From an uncultured Clostridia bacterium (lineage in GTDB: Bacteria > Bacillota > Clostridia > TANB77 > CAG-508): a DNA stretch of 41,918 nucleotides. The notes beneath the pieces are model-generated. The model ran no database searches and was not told where the DNA came from. It saw nothing but the letters and a program-made list of their open reading frames with translations. The DNA lies in assembly GCA_947625825.1 (NCBI GenBank), contig CANQPV010000003.1:1-41918 (forward strand), given 5' to 3'. Both the position numbers and the translations under genes were made by a program. Below, in pieces: positions 11,563-20,363 of the stretch (its first letter is position 1; every line of letters starts with the position of its first letter).

Positions 11563-11588
11563 AGAGGTGGCTTTTAGCCACCTCTTTT
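11563..11588. terminator. Intrinsic terminator between ORF 11322 and convergent DUF951 gene
   Basis: AGAGGTGGC-TTTTA-GCCACCTCT followed by TTT. Confidence 0.85.
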
Positions 11589-11589
11589 A

Positions 11590-11781
11590 TTATTTACTAT
11601 TTTCATTAGTTACCTTTTTAGTAATTGCTTTTAATGCCTTTTGCCTTTCCATAGTAACTATATGTCCACAGCCTAAACACTTTAATTTAAAATCTACACC
11701 TACTCTTGTTAGTTCCCAAAGTTTGCTACCACAAGGATGCTCTTTTTTAGTTCTAACAATATCTCCAATATTATACTCCAT
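11590..11781 (-). CDS. DUF951-family small Zn-binding protein
   Basis: GDIV.TKK.HPCGS..W...RVG.DFKLKC.GCGH signature. Confidence 0.88.
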   Translation of the reverse strand: MEYNIGDIVRTKKEHPCGSKLWELTRVGVDFKLKCLGCGHIVTMERQKALKAITKKVTNENSK

Positions 11782-11813
11782 ATTTTTAATAATTTACCTT
11801 CCATTTTTACATT

Positions 11814-13463
11814 TTAGCTAATTATTTTTTGAATTCTTTTTTCTATACTTTCTTTTCCTAAAACTTGCATAATTTCATAAAGATCAGGTGTATTTTGTCT
11901 TCCGGTAAGGCTTACTCTTAAAACTGTGCTAATATCTCCAACATGTCCTGGCCATTTTTCTGGGTCTTGTTTATACTCTTTTACTTCCCTTGCATAGCCT
12001 AATTCTTCTGATAAATCTTTCATTTTATCAAACCAAGTTTGCTTATCATCATTTATGTCAAAATATTTTTCTAAGTACAAGCTTAATATTTTTTTGATTT
12101 CATTTTTATCATTTATTTTAGCATATTCAAAGTCTGAATTTTGTTTAAAAAATTCTTCATCATACATATAAATAATTGCATTTTTAACATCAGACCATTT
12201 AGAAATATCTTTTCTTGGCTTGCTATTACCTCTTTCTATTCCAAAAATTTTAAGAGAATATTCTTTATTTTCTAATAATTTTTCAAGCTCGCTATCATAT
12301 CTTTTTGCCCATTCAAAAACTTCTTCGTACATTTCTTCTTTTGTATATTTAGAAATTACATTTTTAGAAACATCTAGTAATTTTACTAAGTCAAATATTG
12401 CACCACTTACGCTCATTTTGTTTATTTCAAATTTAAAATCTGACATTGGGCTATCAGGATTTGCTTTTCTCCAACTTTCAAAATTAGAATTTCCAATATT
12501 CATTAAATATTCACAAACAGCTTTTGCTGGAATGCCTTCTTCATGATAATAGCTTACTGCTGCTTCTGGATCTTTTCTTTTACTAATTTTACGTTTTTTG
12601 CCATCTTCTTCTTTTAATATAGGAGCATAGTGGCAATATTTTGGTGTTTTAAAGCCTAATGTTTTAAATAGCTCTAAATGTAATGGTATAGATGAAACCC
12701 ATTCATCTGAACGAATTACGTGGGTTACTCTCATTAAATGGTCATCTACTGCATGCGCAAAGTGATATGTAGGAAGGCCATCTGCCTTAATAATAACTAT
12801 GTCTTGGTCATTTTCAGGGAAATCAATATTTCCTTTAATAACATCATGATGTCTTATTTTTCTCTCTTCGCTTCCCATTGATTTAAAACGAATAATATAT
12901 GGAATTCCTGCTTTTATTTTTTCTGCTGCTTCATCTACTGGCAAGTTACGGTATGTTGCCCAAACGCCATAATAACCTGTTCTAATTTTAGCTGCTTCTT
13001 GCTTTTTTCTCATTTCTTCTAGTTCTTCTGGTGTTGCAAAACATGGGTATGCTCTTCCTTGCTCAATTAAATATTTAGCATAGGCTTGATAAATAGGAGC
13101 TCTATTGCTTTGCTTGTATGGTCCATAAGAGCCTTTTTCCTCTGTTTCGTTTATCATTCCTTCATCAAATTCTATACCAAAATCTTTAATAGCATTTACA
13201 ATTTGCGCTACACCATTTTCAATTTCACGCTTTTGATCTGTATCCTCTATTCTAAGTAAAAATACCCCACCAGTTTGGTTTGTAAGTTGTCTATTTATAA
13301 CACATTGCATTAAGCCACCAACATGAACAAACCCTGTTGGACTTGGTGCAAATCTTGTAACAATAGCATCTTCTGGTAAGTTTCTTTCTGGATATTTTTC
13401 TTCATAGTATGATATTTCTTTTACATCTGGAAAAATCAAATCTGCTAGTTCTTTATAATTCAT
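11814..13463 (-). CDS. gltX: Glutamate--tRNA ligase
   Basis: TRFAPSPTG.VHVGG, LRIEDTD, KISKR; start MNYKEL at 13463. Confidence 0.95.
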   Translation of the reverse strand: MNYKELADLIFPDVKEISYYEEKYPERNLPEDAIVTRFAPSPTGFVHVGGLMQCVINRQLTNQTGGVFLLRIEDTDQKREIENGVAQIVNAIKDFGIEFDEGMINETEEKGSYGPYKQSNRAPIYQAYAKYLIEQGRAYPCFATPEELEEMRKKQEAAKIRTGYYGVWATYRNLPVDEAAEKIKAGIPYIIRFKSMGSEERKIRHHDVIKGNIDFPENDQDIVIIKADGLPTYHFAHAVDDHLMRVTHVIRSDEWVSSIPLHLELFKTLGFKTPKYCHYAPILKEEDGKKRKISKRKDPEAAVSYYHEEGIPAKAVCEYLMNIGNSNFESWRKANPDSPMSDFKFEINKMSVSGAIFDLVKLLDVSKNVISKYTKEEMYEEVFEWAKRYDSELEKLLENKEYSLKIFGIERGNSKPRKDISKWSDVKNAIIYMYDEEFFKQNSDFEYAKINDKNEIKKILSLYLEKYFDINDDKQTWFDKMKDLSEELGYAREVKEYKQDPEKWPGHVGDISTVLRVSLTGRQNTPDLYEIMQVLGKESIEKRIQKIIS

Positions 13464-13578
13464 TTTTAAAATCATTCCTCTCAAAAAGGCGCAACTAACT
13501 TTATTTAACCTTTTTTAATTTTTTACTTAGGTATTATACCAAATTTTTACTTTGTTTACAACTGATTGTATTAAATAA

Positions 13579-13926
13579 TTAATGACTCAATTTATATAAT
13601 GCATATTGATTTAATGATACACCTTCTTGTTGTGCTTCTATTGATAGTTTATAATGTAATGATTTTGGAATTCTTACTATAAACTTACCGCTAAAATTTT
13701 CATATCCAACCGGTAGTGGTACTTCAAAACCATTTTCTATCTTAGTTTCTATCCATCCTCTCATTGCTTCTTTTAAATTTTTATATGCTTCTTCCAATGT
13801 TTCCCCTGTACTTTGGCAGCCATCTAGTTCTAGTATATGTGCATAAAAATAATAGCCACTTTCATCATTAATAGGCTGCACAATATAATTATATGGTAAA
13901 TTCATATAATCTTCGACATTTTTCAT
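13579..13926 (-). CDS. hicB: HicB antitoxin
   Basis: ELDGC.STGET.EEA partial RNase H fold plus C-terminal RHH SGKFIVRIPKSLH...GVSLNQ. Confidence 0.9.
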   Translation of the reverse strand: MKNVEDYMNLPYNYIVQPINDESGYYFYAHILELDGCQSTGETLEEAYKNLKEAMRGWIETKIENGFEVPLPVGYENFSGKFIVRIPKSLHYKLSIEAQQEGVSLNQYALYKLSH

Positions 13927-13968
13927 ATAAGCCCCTCCTTTTTTATAGTGTACTCAAAGAATAGAATT

Positions 13969-14197
13969 TTATTCTCCTATTCTTTTTAATACGTCTTTAA
14001 TATAAATTGCCTTTAATGGATGATCTTCTTTAATTGTAATAACATCTCCTTTTTCATTTATAAAATTTCTATGAGATGTTCCGTTTCTTTGGTTTCATTG
14101 TATAACCGTGATATTCCAAAACCTTTGCTAATTCTTGAAATCTAATGCCATTTGGCTGTCTTTTCATCTTTTGTATAAGCTTAGTGATGTCTGGCAT
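13969..14197 (-). pseudogene. hicA: HicA toxin interrupted by one extra base (not in ORF track)
   Basis: MPDITKLIQKMKRQPNGIRFQELAKVLEYHGYTMKPKK in frame 0 (TAG at 14069-14071) continues in +1 frame as GTSHRNFINEKGDVITIKEDHPLKAIYIKDVLKRIGE*; span 229 nt = 76 codons + 1. Confidence 0.85.
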
Positions 14198-14247
14198 AAA
14201 TATTGCTCCTTTCACCAGAAATATATGCCTACTTTTTAACTAATTTT

Positions 14248-14276
14248 ATAATATCATATATGATACTATGTGTCAA
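14248..14276 (-). promoter_or_regulatory. hicAB promoter with palindromic operator
   Basis: TTGACA-17-TATTAT; perfect palindrome TATCATATATGATA at 14252-14265 overlaps the spacer and -10. Confidence 0.7.
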
Positions 14277-14313
14277 TATTTTCCTATATAATTTAGTAAT
14301 TATATTCATAGTC

Positions 14314-14350
14314 ATCAAAAAATCGTTTGCTTTGCAAACGATTTTTTGAT
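14314..14350. terminator. Intrinsic terminator after rnj
   Basis: Perfect ATCAAAAAATCGTTTGC-TTT-GCAAACGATTTTTTGAT. Confidence 0.9.
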
Positions 14351-14351
14351 A

Positions 14352-16256
14352 TTACACTTCCATAATAATTGGTAAAAGCATTGGGTTGCGCTTTGTTTTT
14401 TCAAAAATGTAATCTCTTAAAGTATCTTTTACATTAGCTTTAATAGTAGACCAATCACGAATATGATTTTCTTCACATCTTTTTACTTCTTCCCTTGCTA
14501 CTCTTTTTACTTCATCCATTAAGTTTTCAGATTCCCTAACATAAACAAAGCCTCTTGAAACTACATCTGGTCCAGAAACTATCTCGCCTGTAGATGCATC
14601 CATTGTCATTACAATAACAATTAATCCATCTTGTGATAAATGCTGTCTATCTCTTAAAACTATATTTCCAACATCTCCTATTCCTAAACCATCTACTAAT
14701 ATTTTTCCATTTGGCACAGAAGTAGTAATTTTAGCTTCATCTTCATTTAATTCTAAAGTTTTACCATTAGACATTATAAATATGTTTTTAGGTTCAATTC
14801 CAACTTTTTTAGCAGTTTCTGCATGTGCAATCAGTTGTCTGTATTCACCATGCACTGGCATGAAGTATTTTGGTCTTGCTAAAGTTAATATTAATTTTTG
14901 TTCTTCTTGGCAAGCATGGCCAGATACGTGAATATCTTCTAGTGAGCTATAAATAACAGTTGCACCTATTTTCATTAATTCATCTATTACTTTAGAAACT
15001 AGCTTTTCGTTTCCTGGTATTGGAGTTGCGGAAATAATTACCATATCGTTTGGCGTAATTGTTACTTTTTTGTGCTCTCCATTTGCCATTCTAGTAAGAG
15101 CAGACATTGCCTCACCTTGGCTACCAGTTGTAATTATAACTAATTGATCATCACGGTAATTTTTTATATTATCTATATCAATAAAAGTATTTTCTGGTAC
15201 ATTAATGTAACCCAATTCGATTGCGGCATCTATCATATTCATCATACTTCTACCACATACAGCAATTTTTCTGCCATATTTTATAGATGAATTTACAATT
15301 TGTTGCACACGGTGAACATTAGAAGCAAAGGTTGCAACAACAATTCTTTTTGTATTATTTAAAAATAGCTTATCAAATACTTCCCCAACAGAACTTTCCG
15401 ACATTGTAAAACCTTTTCTTTCGCTGTTTGTACTGTCTGAAAGCAATGCTAAAATTCCTTTATTACCTAATTCTGCAATTCTTCCTAAATCTATTACTTT
15501 GTCATCAATTGGTGTATAATCTATTTTAAAGTCTCCTGTATGAAGAACTACTCCAACTGGTGTATGAATAGCAAGCATAACAGAGTCTGGAATACTATGA
15601 TTACTTCTTATAAACTCTATTTTTATTTTGCCAAAATTAATTGTTTTTCCCTGTTCAACAACATGTATTTTTACACTTTTTTCTAAATTATGCTCCTCTA
15701 GCTTATTTTTTATTAAAGCAACAGTTAATTTAGTTGCATAAATTGGAATATTAATTTGCTTTAATATATATGGTATTGCACCAATGTGATCTTCATGTCC
15801 ATGGGTAATTACTAAACCTTTTATTTTTTCTTTATTTTTCTCTAAATAAGTTATATCTGGTATTACTAAGTCTACGCCTAGCATATCATCTTCTGGAAAC
15901 TCTAAACCACAGTCTACAAGCACAATTTCGTTTCCGTATTCGAAAACTGTTATATTTTTTCCTATTTCTTCTAATCCACCTAAAGGAATAATTTTTAAAT
16001 TTTCTTTTTTAAATTCAAATTTAAGTTTATCATCTAATGAGATTTTTTCTGTTACTTTAGAATGAGCAACCCTTGTTTGTTCACCTCTAGTATGATTAAC
16101 TTTTGTTTGTTTTTCTCTACTTTGTATAAAATTATCCTTCGTAGATGTGCTATTTTCTTTCTTAGAATTTAGCCTAGAATTTCTGTAATTATCTTTTCTT
16201 TTGTCTATAATAGTATTACTTTTTACATTACTTTGATGTCTTTCATTTGTTAACAT
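14352..16256 (-). CDS. rnj: Ribonuclease J with ~85-aa basic low-complexity N-terminal extension
   Basis: PLGGLEEIGKN, THGHEDHIGA, HTGDFK, HVSGHA, PVHGE. Confidence 0.96.
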   Translation of the reverse strand: MLTNERHQSNVKSNTIIDKRKDNYRNSRLNSKKENSTSTKDNFIQSREKQTKVNHTRGEQTRVAHSKVTEKISLDDKLKFEFKKENLKIIPLGGLEEIGKNITVFEYGNEIVLVDCGLEFPEDDMLGVDLVIPDITYLEKNKEKIKGLVITHGHEDHIGAIPYILKQINIPIYATKLTVALIKNKLEEHNLEKSVKIHVVEQGKTINFGKIKIEFIRSNHSIPDSVMLAIHTPVGVVLHTGDFKIDYTPIDDKVIDLGRIAELGNKGILALLSDSTNSERKGFTMSESSVGEVFDKLFLNNTKRIVVATFASNVHRVQQIVNSSIKYGRKIAVCGRSMMNMIDAAIELGYINVPENTFIDIDNIKNYRDDQLVIITTGSQGEAMSALTRMANGEHKKVTITPNDMVIISATPIPGNEKLVSKVIDELMKIGATVIYSSLEDIHVSGHACQEEQKLILTLARPKYFMPVHGEYRQLIAHAETAKKVGIEPKNIFIMSNGKTLELNEDEAKITTSVPNGKILVDGLGIGDVGNIVLRDRQHLSQDGLIVIVMTMDASTGEIVSGPDVVSRGFVYVRESENLMDEVKRVAREEVKRCEENHIRDWSTIKANVKDTLRDYIFEKTKRNPMLLPIIMEV

Positions 16257-16571
16257 TATTTTTCTATCTCTCCCATCTTTCTTTGTTTTTCAATTTATAT
16301 ATTTTAATAAACTACAAAAACAAATAAATCATTTTTACTATTTCTATGATTTACTATTTTTTTATTTTTTAAACTAAAAACAATATAAAATAAATATTTT
16401 TCGTACAAAAATATTTTTTAAATTATATAAAAATTTCTCCTACTAATTTTTCATTTAACAAAACATATATGTTTAATTTAAATGCCGCACATTAAACATA
16501 TTTTTATTTTATTTTGTTTTTAAAATATATATAAATCTCCTCTTTACCAAAACTGGTAACAACTGTTATTT

Positions 16572-16600
16572 ATTATAACGTTTTTTTTTGATTTTGTCAA
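16572..16600 (-). promoter_or_regulatory. Consensus SigA promoter ~310 nt upstream of rnj
   Basis: TTGACA-17-TATAAT. Confidence 0.7.
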
Positions 16601-16730
16601 ATTATTTATGTTAACTGTATGTAAAAAAGTATTAACTATTTGTAAGAAAAGTTTTTAACCTGGCTCCAAATTACCATGAGATTGAGAAATTACCACGAGG
16701 TCGAAAAATGGATTGGCCCACAATTCTACT

Positions 16731-16777
16731 GACCTGTCCCTAATAGCTTAAAAACAAGCAATTGGACCTGTCCCCAA
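16731..16777. repeat. ACCTGTCCC repeat pair, left side of ROK gene
   Basis: GACCTGTCCCTAAT and GGACCTGTCCCCAA; 16746-16777 identical to 17770-17801. Confidence 0.85.
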
Positions 16778-17659
16778 TACCGCACCAATAATTCCTGCAT
16801 CATTACCTAATGTAGCAAGTTTTAATTCTGGTAATTCTTCTTTATTAAAAGCATATCTTCTTTCAGTGTATTCTTTTAATAACTGTTTATATAAGATATT
16901 TTCAAAATAAACAAAACTACCACCAAGTGAAATTGCTTCAGGCTCAAATATATCTATTATATTAGAAAGTCCTATAATTAAATTATTTATGTATTCTTTT
17001 ATAATTTTTTGAAGTTTCTCTTCTTCTTTTTTAGTATTTAATATTTCTAATAAGTCTTTAGCTAAAATTTCTTCATTTAAGCCCAATTCTTGTATTAATT
17101 TATTTTTTAATCTTTTTATAGAGCAATAAGTTTCAAAACAACCTCTTTTGCCACAATTACAAAGTTCTCCATTTTTATCTATAATCATATGACCTATTTC
17201 AAAGGCTGGGTATCTAATAGGCTGTAATTGTTTATTTTCAATAAATACACTTCCGCCAATGCCAGTTCCTAAACATAAAAATACACAATCATTATATTTT
17301 TTTAAACTGCCATAAGTTTTTTCTGCTAATCCGGCACATTTAGCATCATTTCTTACTATTATTTGACCATTATACGCCTTTTTTATAATGCTAGTAATAT
17401 CTAATTCTTCTAGTTTTAAATTTACTATAGAAGTAATTTTGCCATCCTTTGGCGTTCCTGCACATGCTATGCCAATTAAATCTATACTATAATCTATTTG
17501 TATTTTTTTTATGATTTCTATAATATATTTTTCTATAAATTCAGCTATGTTATTTTCTTTATTATTTATATCAATTTCATATTTTTTTATTATTTTTCCA
17601 TTTTCATTTAGTAAGCCAATTCCAATGTGGCTTCCACCAATATCAATTCCTATTTTCAT
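16748..17659 (-). CDS. ROK-family sugar kinase (glucokinase-like)
   Basis: GIDIGGS, NDA, LGTGIGG, EIGH...CNCGKRGCFE, AGIIGA. Confidence 0.9.
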   Translation of the reverse strand: MKIGIDIGGSHIGIGLLNENGKIIKKYEIDINNKENNIAEFIEKYIIEIIKKIQIDYSIDLIGIACAGTPKDGKITSIVNLKLEELDITSIIKKAYNGQIIVRNDAKCAGLAEKTYGSLKKYNDCVFLCLGTGIGGSVFIENKQLQPIRYPAFEIGHMIIDKNGELCNCGKRGCFETYCSIKRLKNKLIQELGLNEEILAKDLLEILNTKKEEEKLQKIIKEYINNLIIGLSNIIDIFEPEAISLGGSFVYFENILYKQLLKEYTERRYAFNKEELPELKLATLGNDAGIIGAVLGTGPIACF

Positions 17660-17755
17660 GATTAGTTATATCCTTTCTTTAATCTGCAAATTCATAAAAC
17701 ATTTGTCACAAAAGCGTCATGTTGTCGCATTAATGAATGTACAAAAGCATCTTTA

Positions 17756-17853
17756 ACCTGTCCCCAAGTGCTTAAAAACAAGCAATTGGACCTGTCCCCA
17801 AAGAAAAAAGGACCTGTCCCTAATTACCCAAAAGGGGAAAAAGGGACTGTCCC
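17756..17853. repeat. Cluster of four (G)GACCTGTCCC-like motifs between pilC and ROK gene
   Basis: Motifs at 17756, 17788, 17810 and palindromic GGGACTGTCCC at 17843. Confidence 0.85.
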
Positions 17854-19200
17854 TTATAACAATGCTTCGATTAACCAGTTGCCCATGTATAATTGGATAC
17901 ATGGTACAAGTACTACTACTACTAAGAATATTAATACTATTCCAACTAATAAGTAAGATATTTCTGGTAATACTTTCATTATCTTGTTTAGGCTTTCTTG
18001 AATGTCTACATCCATGTAGTCTAATAATTTTTCCATCATTTCTGGAAGGTCTGTTTGCATACCTATTTTTAACATTTCAATTTCCATTGACCTACATAAT
18101 CCAGAGTTTTCAAATGGCTCAATCCATGAACCACCAATAAGTAAGTTGTTAATTGATGTTTCTACTATTGATAACATTACATAGTTTTTAATTACACTTT
18201 TACTAACCTCTAAAGCTTCTTGAATTCTCATTCCATTTTGTAAGTTCAAAAGCATTGCTCTCATTAGTCTTGAAAAATCTATACCAAATATTAATCTTCC
18301 AAAAACAGGTGCTTTATATTTAAAATAATGCCAATTGTATTTTCCTTTTGGTGTATTTATATAAGCAACTATGACACCAACTATTGCTACAATAATCCCT
18401 ACTGGAAAATACCAATATGCCATAAACCAATCTAAGAAGTCCATAAACCATAGTGTAATTTCTGGTAAAGTAGCACTACTACCAATTTGTATAAATACAT
18501 CTTGAATAGAAGGTAGTACGTATATTGTTCCTATAATTAATAATGCAATTATTGCAACAAATTGGCCAATATTTGGAATTAAAATGCTTTTTATCTTTTT
18601 ATTTCTTGTTGTTGTATCATCTAAGTATTTTACTGCTTGCTCTAAAGATTGTGTAAGTGAGCCTGAAAGCTCTCCTACTTTAATCATATTTATATATATG
18701 TATGGGAAAATATCTGAATAATATTCCATTGTAGTATACATATACTCTCCAGATTCTACACCTGCTAAAATATCTTCTATTATCCCTTTAAAAGAAAGGT
18801 TTTCTGTACTTGATATAAGTGTATTTAAAGCATGAATATTATTGAAATTTGCCTTTTTTAATAAATAAAAGTTTTGTGTAAATATAATAAGGTCTCTTTC
18901 TGTAATTCTTTGGCCAACAGATAAAGCCATATTAAATTTTTCTCTTGCAGTTTGCTTATTAGCCGTTTTTCCTTGCATAATAGTTGCAGAGTTAGATGCT
19001 CGCATAACTTCATCTATGTCTATAACATTTCTTCTATTTACTTTTGATCTTTTACTTTTATAGCCTATTTGTATTACTTCAATAGGAAGTAACTCATTAC
19101 TTTTTAGCATTTTTATTAAATTATTTTTACTAGATTGCTCTACTCTGTTTCTAACAACTTGTCCTTGTTTCGTAACAGCTCTATACATATATTCTGGCAC
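17854..19200 (-). CDS. pilC: Type IV pilus platform protein PilC/GspF family
   Basis: MP.Y.YRA start, two T2SSF domains (VGELSGSL; IGMQTDL), TM helices. Confidence 0.85.
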   Translation of the reverse strand: MPEYMYRAVTKQGQVVRNRVEQSSKNNLIKMLKSNELLPIEVIQIGYKSKRSKVNRRNVIDIDEVMRASNSATIMQGKTANKQTAREKFNMALSVGQRITERDLIIFTQNFYLLKKANFNNIHALNTLISSTENLSFKGIIEDILAGVESGEYMYTTMEYYSDIFPYIYINMIKVGELSGSLTQSLEQAVKYLDDTTTRNKKIKSILIPNIGQFVAIIALLIIGTIYVLPSIQDVFIQIGSSATLPEITLWFMDFLDWFMAYWYFPVGIIVAIVGVIVAYINTPKGKYNWHYFKYKAPVFGRLIFGIDFSRLMRAMLLNLQNGMRIQEALEVSKSVIKNYVMLSIVETSINNLLIGGSWIEPFENSGLCRSMEIEMLKIGMQTDLPEMMEKLLDYMDVDIQESLNKIMKVLPEISYLLVGIVLIFLVVVVLVPCIQLYMGNWLIEALL

Positions 19201-19221
19201 TTTATCATCTCCTTTTTATCA

Positions 19222-20346
19222 CTAATTGTTAATTTTTGATTTTTCCTCACTATCTTTTTTAATTTTTAGTTGCATAATTGTTCTATTTAAAGTTTCAATA
19301 TTTTTTTCTTCTATTTGTGATTTAGCTTGGTCTAATGTAATTCTATCTGCCACAAATAATTCGGCAAGTGAATTTATTAAGCCAATATTTCCTTTATCTG
19401 AATTACTTTGAATAGCATCTTCTATTTCAGAAACAATAATTTTATCTTTACGAATTATACCTGCTATAATATTATCTACTACCATTACTTCTGGTACTAA
19501 AACAAGTGAACCATTTTTACCTTTTAATAATCTTTGAGATACTACTAATTTTAGTAATGAAGCTATTAAATATTTTATAGTTTGTTGGTCACGTACGTCA
19601 TAAAAGTTAATCATTCTATCAATAGTTTCTGCACAAGACTTTGTATGAAGTGTTCCTATTACTAAATGTCCTGCTTCTGCTGTTTCAATTGCTGCTTCCA
19701 TAGTTTCTTTATCACGAATTTCTCCTATTATTAAAATATCGCAGTCTTCTCTTAAAGAGTTTTTAATACCCGTACTATAATCTAAGCAGTCTCTTCCTAT
19801 ACCTATTTCCTTTTGTATAATAATTGATTTTTTGCATTTATGTTTATATTCTACAGGGTTTTCCAAAGTTAATATCTTTTTATTTTGATTTTCATTTATT
19901 TCATTAATAAGTGCATTTAATGTAGTTGTTTTACCAGAGTTTGTTTTACCAGTTACTAGTATTAAACCTTGTGGCTGGCTCATCATTCTTCTAACAATAT
20001 CTGGTACACCTAAATCTTCATATCTTGGAAGTGTATTTTTTATAATTCTTAGTACTATTACTGGAATGTCATCTAATGTTGAAATATTGACTCTTAATCT
20101 AATATCTCCAAATACATAAGAAGAATCTAATTTTTTAGTTTCTCTATAGACTTTATCTTTATCTACGTTTCCTCTTACAAAATAATCATAAATTTCTATC
20201 ATGTCTTCATTGGTTAATTCTTCAGAGTCTTTTACTTCTATTAAATCTCTTCTAATTCTTAAAAAAGGTTTGATACCCGGAATTAAATGTACATCTGAAG
20301 CATCTTTTTTTACAGCCTCATTTAAGACTTTTTCTATATCAATCAT
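19222..20346 (-). CDS. pilT: Type IV pilus retraction ATPase PilT family
   Basis: ASDVHL, GLILVTGKTNSGKTTT, ENPVEY, LRED.D....GEIRD, GHLVIGTLHT. Confidence 0.85.
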   Translation of the reverse strand: MIDIEKVLNEAVKKDASDVHLIPGIKPFLRIRRDLIEVKDSEELTNEDMIEIYDYFVRGNVDKDKVYRETKKLDSSYVFGDIRLRVNISTLDDIPVIVLRIIKNTLPRYEDLGVPDIVRRMMSQPQGLILVTGKTNSGKTTTLNALINEINENQNKKILTLENPVEYKHKCKKSIIIQKEIGIGRDCLDYSTGIKNSLREDCDILIIGEIRDKETMEAAIETAEAGHLVIGTLHTKSCAETIDRMINFYDVRDQQTIKYLIASLLKLVVSQRLLKGKNGSLVLVPEVMVVDNIIAGIIRKDKIIVSEIEDAIQSNSDKGNIGLINSLAELFVADRITLDQAKSQIEEKNIETLNRTIMQLKIKKDSEEKSKINN

Positions 20347-20363
20347 TGCTTTCCTCCTATGTA

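Noticed and set aside
16731-17853. CRISPR array from ACCTGTCCC repeats
   Set aside because: Repeats only ~10-14 nt, spacers identical or irregular, no cas genes
17768-17956. 62-aa ORF with GPVP/GTVP repeats
   Set aside because: Translation of the DNA repeats, antisense to pilC
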